The translations under genes were made by a program, and so were the position numbers. A stretch of DNA of 64,000 bases, taken from Euglena gracilis. Lineage: Eukaryota. The notes under the pieces were generated by a model. The model searched no databases. It was not told where the DNA came from and saw only the letters and a list, made by a program, of their open reading frames with translations. This document shows, piece after piece, positions 12,902 to 38,800 of this stretch; position 1 is the first letter of the stretch; every line of letters begins with the position of its first letter. The stretch covers positions 44,619,847-44,683,846 of the forward strand of contig CP154954.1 of NCBI GenBank assembly GCA_039621445.1, in the 5' to 3' direction.

Positions 12902-13443
12902 GGTTGGCCTGCGTCGCCCATGTTCACATGCCATGTGGAGCGTGCCACGTGTTTGTCCAGCCACGCACTATGCTGCAGTCATCGCGAACAGCTGCAAATG
13001 GGATGACACGCAGCAAAACCAGAAATGAGGGGATGGGCCTTGTGGTCATATTAAACTTAAAAAGCCCAGTTCTGAGGAGTTTTCACCCAGTTCCAAGGCT
13101 TTTTTCCCATCACAAAATCATCATTAAAATAGAAAAATGGCCCCAAAATGGCTCGAAATGGTCGAAAACCGTCCGAAAATGGCTGCTTGATAGGCTGAAA
13201 TGGCGCCACTTTGCCTGGTGGGGTTCTAAACATCACCAGAAAATGGCCCTGTCCCAGAAAACCACATAGCGTGTTTAGGCATGTTTTGGAACATTTTCTG
13301 TGCATTTGGGACATTTTTAGCACATATTTGAGGCTGAATTTGGCGCATATCCCCCCCCCCTGCCTTGGGGGAATCGCGACAAGATTTTTTCTTTTTTAAA
13401 CCTGCAAGGGGGTCCAGCCTGACCCGAACTGGGGGTCACAGAA

Positions 13444-16400
13444 CTTAGGCGGCCGATTTCGCACTTAAGCTTTTTTTCGTTTGATTTGCGCACTTGCGCA
13501 AATTTACGATTTTTTTGATTCTGCTCTGTTTCGGCTGTGAAAGTCAGGGGGGTTTGAAAACACGTGAACGAGAGAGTGCAAAAAATGATCGAAATTCTGT
13601 TTTTGGCGGCATGACCCCCAGGATTTTGGCAAAAAATGGTGGTTTTGGGGGGTGTCGGGAAGGACTTTGTGGGCCCAAACCTACGGGACCCTGCCGGCCC
13701 ACCCTGAAAAAAACGCAAAAAAGCACCATAGGAACGGGACCTTTCCTGCCCCTGTTGCTTTTTGTGGCTGTGTCCCCGGGTGTGTCCGAGCTGCCGGCGG
13801 TGTGCGTCCTGGGTGTTTGCCGGACTGCTTTGCTTGCGGCGCCTTGGTGTGGTGTTTTGGGGCTGTTTGTTGATGTGCAGGGAGGAAGGTCCGGGGTGTG
13901 TGGGTGTGGTGTGACCAAGCCGGCGGGAAGGACGCTGGGGCAGGAAGGTGAGTGCGGGGTGTTTGGAAAGGGAAACACAGAGGAGGATGAAACAGGGTCC
14001 GCAGGGAATGAATGGAATGAAGCGGACGGGCGTCTCCCACCCGGCTTATACCCGGGATGCGCACAACCAGTTGTGTGGCAAAGAACCCTGCAGGAGAAGC
14101 CCAACACTGGAAGGACAAAATTACGTTTGATGCGCGCAATTGCGCGCACCAACATGTTTATGTTGATGCGCGCAATTGCGCAAATAAACACAAACATGTC
14201 CTTCAAGGATAAGGCTTGAGCACCAATGAACTGACGCTGCTGATAAACGGTGTGACAAAGAGGCCGTGACGGCACGGACCAATGGGGCATCCAGTTGGTG
14301 GGTTTGTCACACTGATTGTCAACGTGCATGCTTATGGGCGCAAATGCGCGCATCAAACACAAAACATGTTTATGTGCGCATTTGCGCAAATGCGCGCATC
14401 AAACGTGTTTTGTGTTTGATGCGCGCATTTGCGCCCATAAACGCAAAGAAGAACGGTGTGACGGAAACACAGCCGTCAAACACTGACAGCGGAAGTGGTT
14501 TACTTGCGCATTTGCGCGCATCACGTTGTTTTATGGGCGCAAATGCGCAAATAAAACAGATGTAAATTGTTCAGTTTACATCTGTTTTATTTGCGCATTT
14601 GCGCCCATAAAACAACGTGATGCGCGCAAATGCGCAAATAAACTACTAATGGAGGAGTAGTAAGTGACTTCATTCGGCCCCCCTACAGCCACCCTTAGTG
14701 GCTTCTGAGTGGGTTCAACCCAAATGACTACACCGTCCCCTCCGGCATATGGTGTTATTGTGCTGTTTTTGGACCATTGACAGGTCCGGCAAAAGATGGA
14801 GACATAGCATCTTTTGAAGGTGGGTGCACAGCCACCCAGTAACGGTGCACCTCCACCGGCACCAATTTTTGGGTCCCAAGGGCCCTGCGGCTGACCTGCG
14901 GCCTCGGCTCCGCTGCTGCAGCCCCATCAGCTGCTGATGCTTCAGCACCCAGCAGGCCGGCATCCACCTCCCCGGTGCAACAACACCCAGCTTTAGCGGC
15001 CACGTTATACCCCGCAACCGGGGTGTAAGACTGGGGGGACGACGTGGTGCCAGTGTATGGCAACCAACAGCCGGAGAGAGGTGGCCCTCAAGCACCCGTT
15101 ACTTTGGATGCAAGGAAGTGGTGAAGCTTTGCCCCTGCATTGGGTGCATCAAAGCGGTGGGACCCACTCCCCCCAAATTGTGCACAAAAACCAGTGTTTT
15201 TTTTACGTTTTTCAAAGGAAAAATGGCAAAGAAAACCATAAAACAGACTCCGGCCCGACACGTCCCGGGTATTTCAGGTGCCAAATTTTGTCTTCTTGTA
15301 ACGCAGTCCTGGTGCACAAAAGGTGTCCAACAGTCACAGGTCGTTTGCACGTCGTCAATTCATTACGTTTAACTGCCAAACGCATGACGCCAAAACAACA
15401 GGCTGTTCGGGCCGGGAAACAGCAGTGCAAATGTATACAAACAAGGCAGGCAAATTTTGGCCAGTCAGATGCCGTGTTCCAGTAAATACTCCACACTGCC
15501 TCTCACCACCAATTTCATCGCCACGTAATCTTGGCGCAAAGCAATGGTTGGCGTGAGGGATTGTGTTCGCCAGCCGTCACAGAGGAGGAGATGGCATCCC
15601 ACAACTCATGTGTTTTGATGTGCGCATTTGCGCAAATCAGCACACTTTGTTTATGTGCACTAAGGGCCCTACAAACACATTATTTTGAAGCGGTTTATTA
15701 AATGTTTGTGCGCGCATTTGCGCAAATGCGCGCATCAACAAAAGTGTGTTTATTTGCGCAATTGCGCGCACCAACACGTCCACCACGTTTTTAAACCTTC
15801 TAGTTCATGGTCCTTAAGATGTCTTTTAACATGGAAGGAAAACGTACGTGTTTGGTGGGCGCAAATGCGCCCATCAAACACATTTGGTGGTGCGCGCATT
15901 TGCGCAAATGCGCACATAAACAAATTTGTTGGTGCGCGCACTGGCGCCCATAAACACGTCATTTTAACATCATCGGTTTACGTTTTATTTGCGCAAATGC
16001 GCCCATAAACACAATTGTTTTTAATTGCGCAATTGCGCACATAAACACACATCAATTGCGTGACGACTGGCTCACGTAGTCTGTGTGCCTGTGGTGTTGT
16101 TATCTAATGAGTCTCAGTGTGTTCTCACCGGCGGCGGCAGTGTCACAGCCAGTTCAGCCAGCACGTCAGCACCGTTTCCAAGTGTCGTCACAAGGGGTGT
16201 GTGCCTCTCCCCCGTTTGATGTACAACAGCACCAGTCTCACCCCCAGCCCTATTCACGCCACCTGGCAAGCAGCACCTGCACACCAGACCACTGGGAGTT
16301 AATCCCCTCCAATACGGGGGTGTAACAGGTCTTAAATCGTGTTCCGGCTGTCAGGGTACAGGGTCCCAGGGGTTACAAAAAAATCGTGGATTTGCGCAAT

Positions 16401-16449
16401 TGCGCAAATCAAAAGGAAAAAAGCTTAAGTGCGAATTCGGCCGCCTAAG
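13444..16449. mobile_element. 3-kb unclassified DNA transposon with about 75-bp TIRs and a 4-bp TSD
   Basis: Left end cttaggcggccgatttcgcacttaagcttttttt...; right end ...aaaaaagcttaagtgcgaattcggccgcctaag; agaa on both sides. Related single ends occur at about 19670, 33761 and 43982. Confidence 0.85.
14504..14637. repeat. Perfect inverted repeat with 63-bp arms and an 8-nt spacer
   Basis: 14504-14566 is the exact reverse complement of 14575-14637; the spacer is ttgttcag. Confidence 0.92.
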
Positions 16450-16597
16450 AGAAGGGGTCCATTTCTTGCGTGATGTTTTTATCATTGGGCTCCATGTGCT
16501 GCGATATGAGGTTGCCACCCAGGCTTCTGCTCAGTTTTCAGGTGCAGGGAATCCCTTATGAACAAAATTTTCACTGGTAAAAAGGGCATTTTGAGGG

Positions 16598-16672
16598 TTT
16601 CAGGCTGTCACCTCAAGATTTTGTCTCAGACATTGCTACCCAGCTGGGTTTTTTTTTTTTTTTTTTTTTTTT

Positions 16673-16738
<66 letters not shown>

Positions 16739-16801
16739 TTTCTTTTTTTTTTTTTCAGGCTGTCACCTCAAGATTTTGTCTCAGACATTGCTACCAGCTG
16801 G
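16598..16801. repeat. About 50-bp direct repeat flanking a poly(T) tract of about 105 nt
   Basis: tttcaggctgtcacctcaagattttgtctcagacattgctacc(c)agctgg occurs before and after an interrupted T run. Confidence 0.9.
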
Positions 16802-16971
16802 AGGTGTGTCTTTTTTTGCTTTGCAGTTTTGCGGCACTGTTCAGGGGGTCCAGCCAGCAACCCTTTCCAGCCGCCGGGCTGGACCCACCACCCCCCCCCT
16901 CCAGGCCCCAAAGCAATCCCATGGTCAAGCCATGGTCGAGTGACGCCAAGTGACGACCCCCCCCAATTGGG

Positions 16972-17399
16972 GTAACCCCCCCCCTAATAGTAGGGCATGC
17001 CCTCTACAAGAGCAGGGTCCAAATAGTAGAGCAGCCCCCCTCTGGCGAAGCGACTTGTCCACTACAAGAGCACCCCCTGGAAAACCAATGGAAGCAGAAG
17101 CAAGGCACGCCATTCCATGTGATTGTGGCAAGGTTTGTAACTTGCCTGAAAAAGGCAAGCTTCCCAGAGCTCAGCGGCTGAACAATTCCTCCAACCTCGG
17201 CTGCCGTTTGCGCTTGGCTGCCGGTTTAGGTGGAGGAAGGGAGGCTGAGGGGACCGGAAACTGACTGGGTGCTGGAACGCTGTAGGAAAATGTGTGTGAG
17301 GTCCACTACAAGAGCAGGGTCCAAATAGAAGAGCACCCCCTCTCTGGCGAAGCGAGCGTCCACTACAAGAGCACCCGCTCTACAATTAGGGGGGGTTAC
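16972..17399. mobile_element. MITE-like element with gtaaccccccc(c)taat TIRs and an internal duplication of about 75 bp
   Basis: gtaacccccccctaat at the left end and attagggggggttac at the right; ctacaagagcagggtccaaatag...cactacaagagcaccc is repeated at about 17003 and 17305. Confidence 0.6.
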
Positions 17400-17471
17400 A
17401 ACAACGTTTTGTTCCACACACCAGATGTGCGTGCCCGGCGCACATTTTGTCCGGGTGGGCGGCTGGCCTGG

Positions 17472-17496
17472 CCCCCTCGCCCTCTCCCTCCCGCAG
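17472..17496 (+). promoter_or_regulatory. Putative spliced-leader trans-splice acceptor (pyrimidine tract + CAG) upstream of protease copy 1
   Basis: ccccctcgccctctccctcccgcag ends 14 nt before the ATG at 17511. Equivalent CAGs end at 35886 and 52319, before the other two start codons. Euglenozoan mRNAs are known to be SL trans-spliced. Confidence 0.55.
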
Positions 17497-17510
17497 ACCC
17501 CCGGCCGGCG

Positions 17511-30162
<12,652 letters not shown>

Positions 30163-32638
30163 GCCTGCGGCGGCGGCGGCGCGGCCTGCCCCCTCCCCCC
30201 CTTCCCGGCAGGGGGCGGGGGAGGCGTTGAGGCACGCACTCTGACTAAATATTTCATACCCCTCCTTTGAGAGTCCTTTGCGGGCAGAGGAGTTGGTTTC
30301 CTTTTCCCGGGGTTGGGGGCCACCCACAGAAGTCTCAGGGGCATGACCATTTAGTTCCCCTGTGCCCCCCAACGTCCAACGACCCCTTCCCCCCGGTCAG
30401 AGAACAGAGGTTGCCGGGGGGCACAACGCCCTGGCCTGTCCCGCCAAATTCGCAATGCGTTTTTATTTTGGTTGTATTCGTTGGGTGGTTTTTGCAGTGA
30501 ACGCAAAATGGGCGTTGCCTTTCTCCCACCCCCTGCGGCACCTTTCGGCTGGCCTCCGTGTCGGCCGGCGTTGCCCCCACCCCCGTCCGCATCGATGCCC
30601 TGCCCACGGCTGGCCGCCGAAGGGAAGCGAAGGGAAGGGGGAACGGATCTGCGGGTCACACCGCCTCACCTCACTGCAGGGGCCCAATGCACGCACACGA
30701 GTGTGTCCTCCAGGTTGCCAGTTGAAACAGGCTGACACATAATCACTTGACTCATTGCTTGACATCGCAAGAAGAGGAAAAATCTGAAAAAGAGCAGGGG
30801 GGGGAATTAAGTATTTGGGGCTTTGCCCTAATAATTGCACAGTGCCCCATAGGTGCACCCCTTGGGTCTGAAACTTCGTCCTTGAAATGTGCACACCCGT
30901 GCACTTTTTTGGGGGGGTCCATGGTCTCAGCAGAAGTTTGTGTTCATGACAGGAGTGTTCATTGTGTGTGCCTTTTTTTTGGTTGTTTTTTTTGCGGTTC
31001 TTGTCGTGTTTTTGAACTGCAGTATAACCTTCCCATGAGCACACCTCCCCCAGGGGGGTCCTTTTGGGTGTCTGGTGTGTCTTACTGGAAATCCCCCACA
31101 GGCAGCCGTCACCCGGGCTGATTTGCCAGGTGACCACTTCCCAGGGTTGGTGGGCACTTGGAATCCCTCCACCTGCCCGCCTCTGGCACGGCCTTGCCGG
31201 TCTGCCGTGCCCGCCCCCAACGCCAGCCCCGACGACTGCTGCCGCCCGGTGGCCAGGGGGTGGCCAGGGCAGGGGGTGCCCTGGGACCGGGACCCCGGGG
31301 GGGGGGGGGGGGGGCTGAACCAACCCAATGGGAACGTGGCCAAACCCTGCCGGTGGCCCCACCGCCTCCCAGCCCTCGACCTCACTGCAGTCAGACACCG
31401 CACCCGGTAGGCTGCCAGGGAGGAGGGCCGGACTGTGGCCAATGCTGGGGGGGGGACATTCATCAGGGGGGCATTTATCCCTTTTCTGCGTATTCTTATT
31501 TGCTGTGTTCCATGTTTTCCCTTTTTGGGGAGGAACAGAGGAGGTTGCGGGACGGTAAGAGTCAGAAAACACCCCAAGAGAGGTTGCAAATTGAAAGTCA
31601 AATCCCAAATTAAGGTTCCATTTGGGTTGTTGGGGGAGTCGAATCTCTCACTTTTTTGCAAAATTCCGTATAGTCCTGTTTAACAGAATTTCGATTTATT
31701 AATTAATTGCAATTGAACCATTTGGTGTCACTTTGGGCTGACTTCATTCATGTTAAATCGGCTATTTTTAGGTCATCTGGGCCATCTTGGGGCACTTTTG
31801 GGGCATTTTGGTCCAGTATTTCAGGCCCTATTCCTTTCCAATTTGGAATGGATGCCCACAGCAGCTATTTTTTCACTTGTCCTCCGCATTTTTTACGCAC
31901 AATCCCACATGAGTACCGCTTAATCCCGCGTAATTCCAAAAAAAAAATATCCGCACCATCCCCCCCCCTGTTGCTCCCGCCAGCACCATATTTTTTTACT
32001 TCGACCTGGCGCCGGTTCACGAGCCCCGGAATGATTGAATGCTGAATCCGTCACGGAACCTGGGGACGGGGCAACCAGCGGTCCGGTCCTCCGGCCCCCG
32101 TCGAGGCTGGCGAGTTCCCCCTCCGCCCATCGCATCGTTGCCTGCCTCCTCTGCTGGCCTCTCGCATCGCGGCCTCCCCCCTCCGACCCCCCTCCCTGCC
32201 GATCCCCGGCCTGGGCCGTCGGGCTGGCAGTCCCCCCCCCCCATTTGCCTCAAGTGGTGTATCGTTCTGCTGGATACCGGTGGGGTCCCCCGATGGTTCC
32301 ACCCTCGCCCCCCATCCCCCTCGGCGCCATTTTGGGTTGGCTCGCATGGCCGCCCGCCGTGCCCCGGAAGCCATAGCGGAGCGGAAGTGGCCCCGTAGAG
32401 TCTTGGGGGGGGGGGGCTGCGGGGGTGGGGGGACAAGCGGCCGGGGGTTTGCCGGGCCGGTTGCCGCGCTGCCGCTCCCCTGTGTCGGGGGGCTTCCCGC
32501 CGGGGCCCTCCCAGGCGGGGCGCCCGTTGGGCTGCCCTCCGTGGCCCCTGGCTCCTCCCTCCTTCTTTGTCCGGCGCTACACGGCGCTGCCCCGCCCGGG
32601 GGAATTCCCCACCACTCCACGGCGGCCACGCAACCCAC

Positions 32639-32880
32639 CAGACTTCTTTTTGAGTCAGAAGACCCCCCCCGGGGGGGGGGGGTGGGTGGGTGGGTGGGTC
32701 CGGGACGGACCCTGCGCCGGAGGCGCCGGGTATACCTTTCGGCGCAAAGCACCGAAATTTTTTGAAAATTGCCTTCAACGGGCCCGATTTGGGGGGTCCC
32801 CCCCCGGGGGGGGCCGCGCCGCCCTGGGTGGGTGGGGGGGACCCCCCCTCCCCATCCCGGGGGTCTTAAAAAGAAGCCTG
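32639..32880. mobile_element. hAT-type MITE, family C
   Basis: TIRs cagacttctttttgag / cttaaaaagaagcctg; flanks caacccac / caacccgc. Confidence 0.78.
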
Positions 32881-34490
32881 CAACCCGCCCCCTCGAAGTA
32901 TGGGGCCCCTATGGGTCAAGGGTTTGGGTCAATTTTGTTCCAGCCAGCCCAAATTTTCAGTCTCTGAGCCCCCCCCCCCCTCGTTGTCATGCAATTCGCT
33001 GCTCCGCGCACCTGCTTTGCACACGCACACACAACGCACCACACCACACCACACCACACCACACCACACCACACCACACCACACCACACCACACCACACC
33101 ACACCACACCACATACAACACAAACAACACAACTGGCGCACACGCACACTGACACATTAACATTCTCACTCGCTCACCCCACACTCATTTGCTCATTCAC
33201 ATTCAACTTCACTCACTCATTCACCCACTCATTCATTGAAGCACTCGCACACTCACTCACTCATCCACACTCATTCATTCACTCACACATTCACTCATGC
33301 GCACTCCTCCACCCAGCATGCTTGCACTCATACGCACACACACACATCCCTCCCCACAATGCATGTACACACATGCACCGAACACACACAGGATGGGAAT
33401 CCTCCTGCCCAGCCCCTGGGCTTCGCAATTCTCTCCCACCCCACCCCCACACTGCCAAGTGGGTGCTGCTCTCTGCACAGCTGCCCAGCAGCGTGTTCCG
33501 TGTGCGGTGTTCCCCTGGATTGTGGCCGACGTCCTTCTTGGTGCTCTCTGGGGAGGAGGCACACAGAAGGTTTGCAGTTTGAAGTTGATTTGCATCATAG
33601 CATAGTGTGTTTGCATTTACATCGCAGCAGAGTATGATCATATTTACACCGCAATGTCGTACCCTCCCCACCCTCCGGGAAATTGTCCTCCCCGGGAAAC
33701 TGTCCTCACCCCCTGTGGCCGCTAACCTGTCCTCATAGGGACCTGTGTCCTACCCTTGTACTAAGGCGGCGCATCTCGCACTTAAGCTTTTTTTTTGGTT
33801 GGTGTGCGCATTTTTGCACACGTCCAGAATTTTTACTTTGGCGTTAAATGAGGTGAGAGCGAGAGGGAGCACGATTGGACAGAATCCGAGTGAATTACCA
33901 TTTTTGGCCCCAGCTCTCCCAGGAATTACGTGTTTTTTGCAGGTTTTTTTTTGTGGTCGGAATGACACGAAAACCCCCGGACCTATCCCCTCAAAATGGC
34001 CAAAATGGGGGGGAACACTGGGGAAAAAAGCCAAAATCCCGGGACCGCAACCTCTCCTTCCTTTGTGGGAACGACATTTTTTACGCAAGACCAGATTGCC
34101 AAAAACGTCAGCGTTCTGCAGGTTTGGAGATGGAAGCAGGGATTTTGACAGAGGATGCCTGAGAGCAGGCGTCACCCCAGCATATGGCAAAACATCCAGC
34201 ATATGTGTTTCGAACCCTCCAATGGCTGTCTCATTAATTTAGGATGTTGACTGAACGATTTAGGGAGGTGTGCCGAAGCCTAAAACGATACCCTTGGCTG
34301 TGTCAGAAATCGGTGGTCGGTGTGGGCAAATGCGCAATGGACGGTGTGCGCACCAACCATCTGCCTAACTGTGAAAAGGGCCATGTGTGCCAGCCGCAAT
34401 TGGGGTGTTTGTGAAATTGCACAAGTGGGTGTTTTTTTGTGCAAATGTGAAAAGTCTGTTTGTTCGGTTTGCGCAGCTGCGCACACCAAC

Positions 34491-34617
34491 CAGGCTGTGT
34501 TTTAGTCGGGTGCCGACCCCACCCCGGGAGGGGGGGGGGGGGTGCCTGCCTGGGCAGGCACCACTGGGCAGGCACTCCAGACCCCCCCCCCGGCCGGGGT
34601 GGGTAAAAAACAGCCTG
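34491..34617. mobile_element. Short (127-bp) hAT-type MITE related to family A
   Basis: TIRs caggctgtgtttta / taaaaaacagcctg; perfect 8-bp TSD acaccaac. Confidence 0.88.
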
Positions 34618-35899
34618 ACACCAACCACTTGTGCCAGTGAGCACACGTGCCGTTTAGAAGGTGCGGCACCACAGCAGTTTGGAAATACTAAATGCGAGTT
34701 ATTTTGCACAATTTCAGTACAACTAAAGGACCAGCCCGCGGGCTTGAATTTGGGCCATTGGCAATTGAGCATGTGAAAAACCATTTCTTAGCTCCTGAAA
34801 CAGCAAAATGAACGGCACTTGCAGTTTTTGTCCTGAAAAACTGATTTCAAAGGTGCCCTCCACCCCTATTTGTTTAGTTCGACAATGAGGCACAGTACGT
34901 TGGCAAAAAGGAAAATGGGCGTGTCAGCTGGCTTGAGGATCCCTGTGTTCAGGTTGCCAATGCAATACACTGACACGCTTCATTTGACCCTCTCAGACAT
35001 ATTTTACAACACCACCACTTTGAGCACAACACTGCACACGCTGCTCTTCTCCCTTCCCGTTCTTCTCTTGTCTCAGAAGTCAGCAAAAAGAAAAACCTCC
35101 CAACCTCTGTCTCTTTTGGCACATCGGGGGGGGGGGGTCTGCGGTCCTGGAGGGCTCCCGCATCGGACCTGGGGGGGGGGTTGTGGGCAGACCCTAGGGT
35201 CTGCCCACGGTCGCCAAAGGTCGCTATGGGTATTTCCTACTCAGTCTTTTTTGCATTGTAGCGGCGTAGGCAACTGTTCCAGGGCCCTAAAAAAAAAAAT
35301 CCCTTGTGTGTGCAACACCTTTTGTGTGTATGTTGCGCTAATTTGCCGTGGAGCGCATTTTTTGACATCGACCCACCCACGACCTTTGGCGACCATGGCG
35401 ACCTTTGGCGACCCTAGGGTCTGCCCACAACCCCCCCCCCCCCAGGCCAAATCTACCCCCCGTCCTGGAGCACCCATGGGAAGGTCGACGATCGTGGGAA
35501 GTGTGCGGGCAGTTGCCACCGATGCCCTGTTTAGCCCAATGGGCCCCCATCCAGTCTGAGGGGAGGGGGGCCTTCTTCCAACCTCAACCCCCTCCCCCCC
35601 CCATCAACGAGTTTGATTTCTTTTCGGAAAATGCCCTCAGCGGCCCAGCAGTTAGATTGTGGGGGGTCCCTGGGGGGGGGCACACGGCGCCTCCTCTGTG
35701 GTCTTGAGAAGAAGCGTGGGGGTGAGCAGCGTTTGCGGAATGTCCTCCTCCCACGTCCCGGCGCCCCCCCTGAGTCGGCCCCGCTTGCCATCCGACACGG
35801 GCCTCCTCCGACGGGGGGAGGAGGCCGGCGGCGCGAGTGACAGACAGAAGGAGGACAGCGGCACTGCGCGGGGTCCTCCGCCGCAGGGCCCGTTGCCAA

Positions 35900-38800
35900 A
35901 TGCCGCCACCCTCTCCGGCGCTGCTGTTGGCGGCGGTGGCGGCCGCGGCCCTCCTGCCCGGCCCCGGGCTGGCCGCCCCGGCCCCCAAACCCCGGCCCGG
36001 GCCCCTGGACGCCGCCCAGCTGGCGGAGCTGCAGCGCCAGGCGGAGCACCAGCACTGGACCTTCGAGGTCGGGCCCGCCCAGGGCGGGGAGCCGAAGCCG
36101 GGCGGTCCGACCAACCTGCCAGGGTTGGGGGTAGCCCGCTGCCGTACTAACCAACACATGAAGGTGCGTTCATACCGCCGACTGGCCAGAAATACATTAG
36201 AAAACACCCCCTACCCCTCGCCGATTTTGTCCCGAGTTCGGCGGGAGTCAGGACAGCCAGTCACCAGGGGGACAAAGCTGGTGGCGGGGGGGGGGCATGA
36301 AGGTATGGATGTATAATTTCCGTCGCGTGCCCAGCGTTCTGCAACTGATTTCAAAATCGATGGTCCCCCCCCCCCCGACCTCCCAAGGGCCCACCGCCCT
36401 GGCCCCCCAACTCCGCCACGAACCGCTCCCTCGCTCAGCTGTGCGGCCTGGAGGTGCCCCCCAACGTGGACGAGCTGGTGGCCGACAACACCGCCCCGCC
36501 GCCCGGGGGCCCCCGGAGAGTGGGGGGGGGCTCCGCACTGGCAGGCAGGAGGTCAGAATGGCCGACGGGGCGGTGCGATGGGGTCTCGGGGCCCCCGACC
36601 CCGGCGGTGGAGGCCGTCAACCTGCCGATCAACTTCGACTGGCGGGTCCTCATCCGACAGTATTATCACGACCTGGGCCTTACCTGACGTCGTGTGTGCA
36701 CCACATCATGTAAACACACACATGGCATGCACGAGTATATGTTTGCATGTGTGTGTGCACACATCCACAGTAATGATGGCACACATGTATCTATTTCAAC
36801 TACGTAGCTACATGTGTAGGCATGTACTCCTATGTGCCCCTGCCCCTGAAGGGGAGGGCCCACCAAGTGTTTCAATCCTTGGAATCCTAGGGTATTTCAA
36901 GGGGTCAAACAGTCATCACGCATTGTCTTTTTATGGCAGTTGCCCCCTCCAGAACTCTCGCCCCCTCATTTTTGTGTGCGGGGGGGGGGGGTGGCTGTTC
37001 CCGAAAGTGCACTCCACCAGCGTGGGCAGCGCCCCGGGGGCAGCGACGTGCCGGTGCGGGACCAGGGCAACTGTGGCTCCTGCTGGGCCTTCGCCACTGT
37101 GGGCCCCCTCGAGATGGTGCTGCCCATCCCCCGGCATGACTGGTGGTGGTGGTGGGGGGTAGGGCACAAATATCCCAAAGTGGGGAGTGGCTGAGGGGTG
37201 GAGGTTGGGGGGTTCGGGGTCGGGTGGGGGGGTCAGGAGGTTCGGGTTCGGGGGAGCAGGATGTTTCTTAACCCGCCCGGGGGCATCCAGCCAGCCAACT
37301 TACTTTTTTTCCAGCCTGGGACCCCCTCCCCCTCTTATCAACGAGCTTTATTTGTTTCCGACTGCCCAAAGGGCTGCTGGTGGTAACGATTTTTCATTTC
37401 CGAGATGTAAAAATGGGCCAAAAATGGAAAAGGGACTGACGAGGGTCAAAATTTGGGGTCAAAGAATATGTTTTTTTTTAAAAAATTGGCATTTTAAGGA
37501 CATTTTGGCAATTCGATTTTTTTTGTACCCGGTTGGACCCCGGCCCGGGTAAAGTACAGCCTGGTCCAGCTCAGAGGCTGGAGAAATTGGGCTTCTTGGA
37601 AAAAGGCTGACCCCCCCATAGAGGTGCCCGACTGGTGCCTGCCTGGGCAGGCACTCCAAGGCACTCCCGATCCGACCCCCCCCGGGGGGGGGGGTAGGGC
37701 ACACGGCCAAAAGTGCCCTAGCACAACCCCGGCGCCGAAGGCGCCGGGGAGCCAAAAATGGCCTATTTTCAAAGGAATGTGCCTGGGCACAGGCCGAAAC
37801 CCGACCCCCCCCCCCGGGGGGGGGGGTAGTGCCTGCCTGGGCAGGCACTCCGGACCCCCCCTCCCCCCCGGGGTTGGTAAGAAAACAGCCTGAGCTGGAC
37901 CCCCCCAAGAAACCCCCCAAGAAAGAAAAACAGGAGGGGGTTAGGGGGGTGACTTACCTCCCCCCCCCCCCCCCCCGAAAGAAACTGCCCCCCCCCCCCC
38001 GAAAACTGTCCTCCATCCTCAAAATGCGCCAACCTGTCCTCATAGGGACCTGTCTCCTGCCCTTGAACATGCTGATTTGTCTCCTAACATTTTTGTTGAT
38101 ATTTTTTGTTCGTTTTTTTTTGGAAATGCGAACTTGAAAACATTCCGAACATTTTTTTTTGGTGGTTTCTGGTCCAGGCTTGTCCTTAGTCGGGTGCCTA
38201 CCCCACGGGGGGGGGTGCTAGGGGCAGGCACCCCATAGCACCCGATCCGACCCCCCCCGGGGGGGGGGTGCCTGCCCATAGCAGGCACTCCCCTCAGACC
38301 CCGGTGCCTTCGGCGCCGGGGGCCCGGAAAAGGCCATTTTCAATCAAAAATTTCTGGGTCCCCCCGGACCCCTACCCCCCCCCCAGTGGGTGTGCCTGCT
38401 AGGGGCAGGCACCCTATAGCACCCACCCACCCCTCCCCCCCGGCCGGTAAGCACAAGCATGTTCTGGTCACAAACACTGAAAAAAGTCATTTGTTCCAAT
38501 TTTTTGTGTTGGCCAGGGGGGTTGAAAATGCCAACGTTTCTTTTGACTCGGGCCCCCTGGGAAACTGCCTTTATTCGCTGTCCTCTGGAGAGCTGCCTCC
38601 TTGTCTACAAACAGTTTCCTGGGGGGCAAAGCCCCCCTTTTAAGCAACCCCCAAATGTGGGCAACCCGCTGAGCTGATTGGCTGAAGACCAGTGGGTTGT
38701 TTAAATTTGGGAGGGAGGGGGTTGGGGATAAAAAAAATTTGCACTCCTTTCACTATGAAGCCCTCTGGTGAGCCGGAAAAGGGCACCGTGGATCTGGGGG

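Noticed and set aside
30400-35800. GC-rich islands between the protease copies (and at about 50400-50950) as possible exons
   Set aside because: I could not build a recognisable protein or consistent splice pattern; left unannotated.
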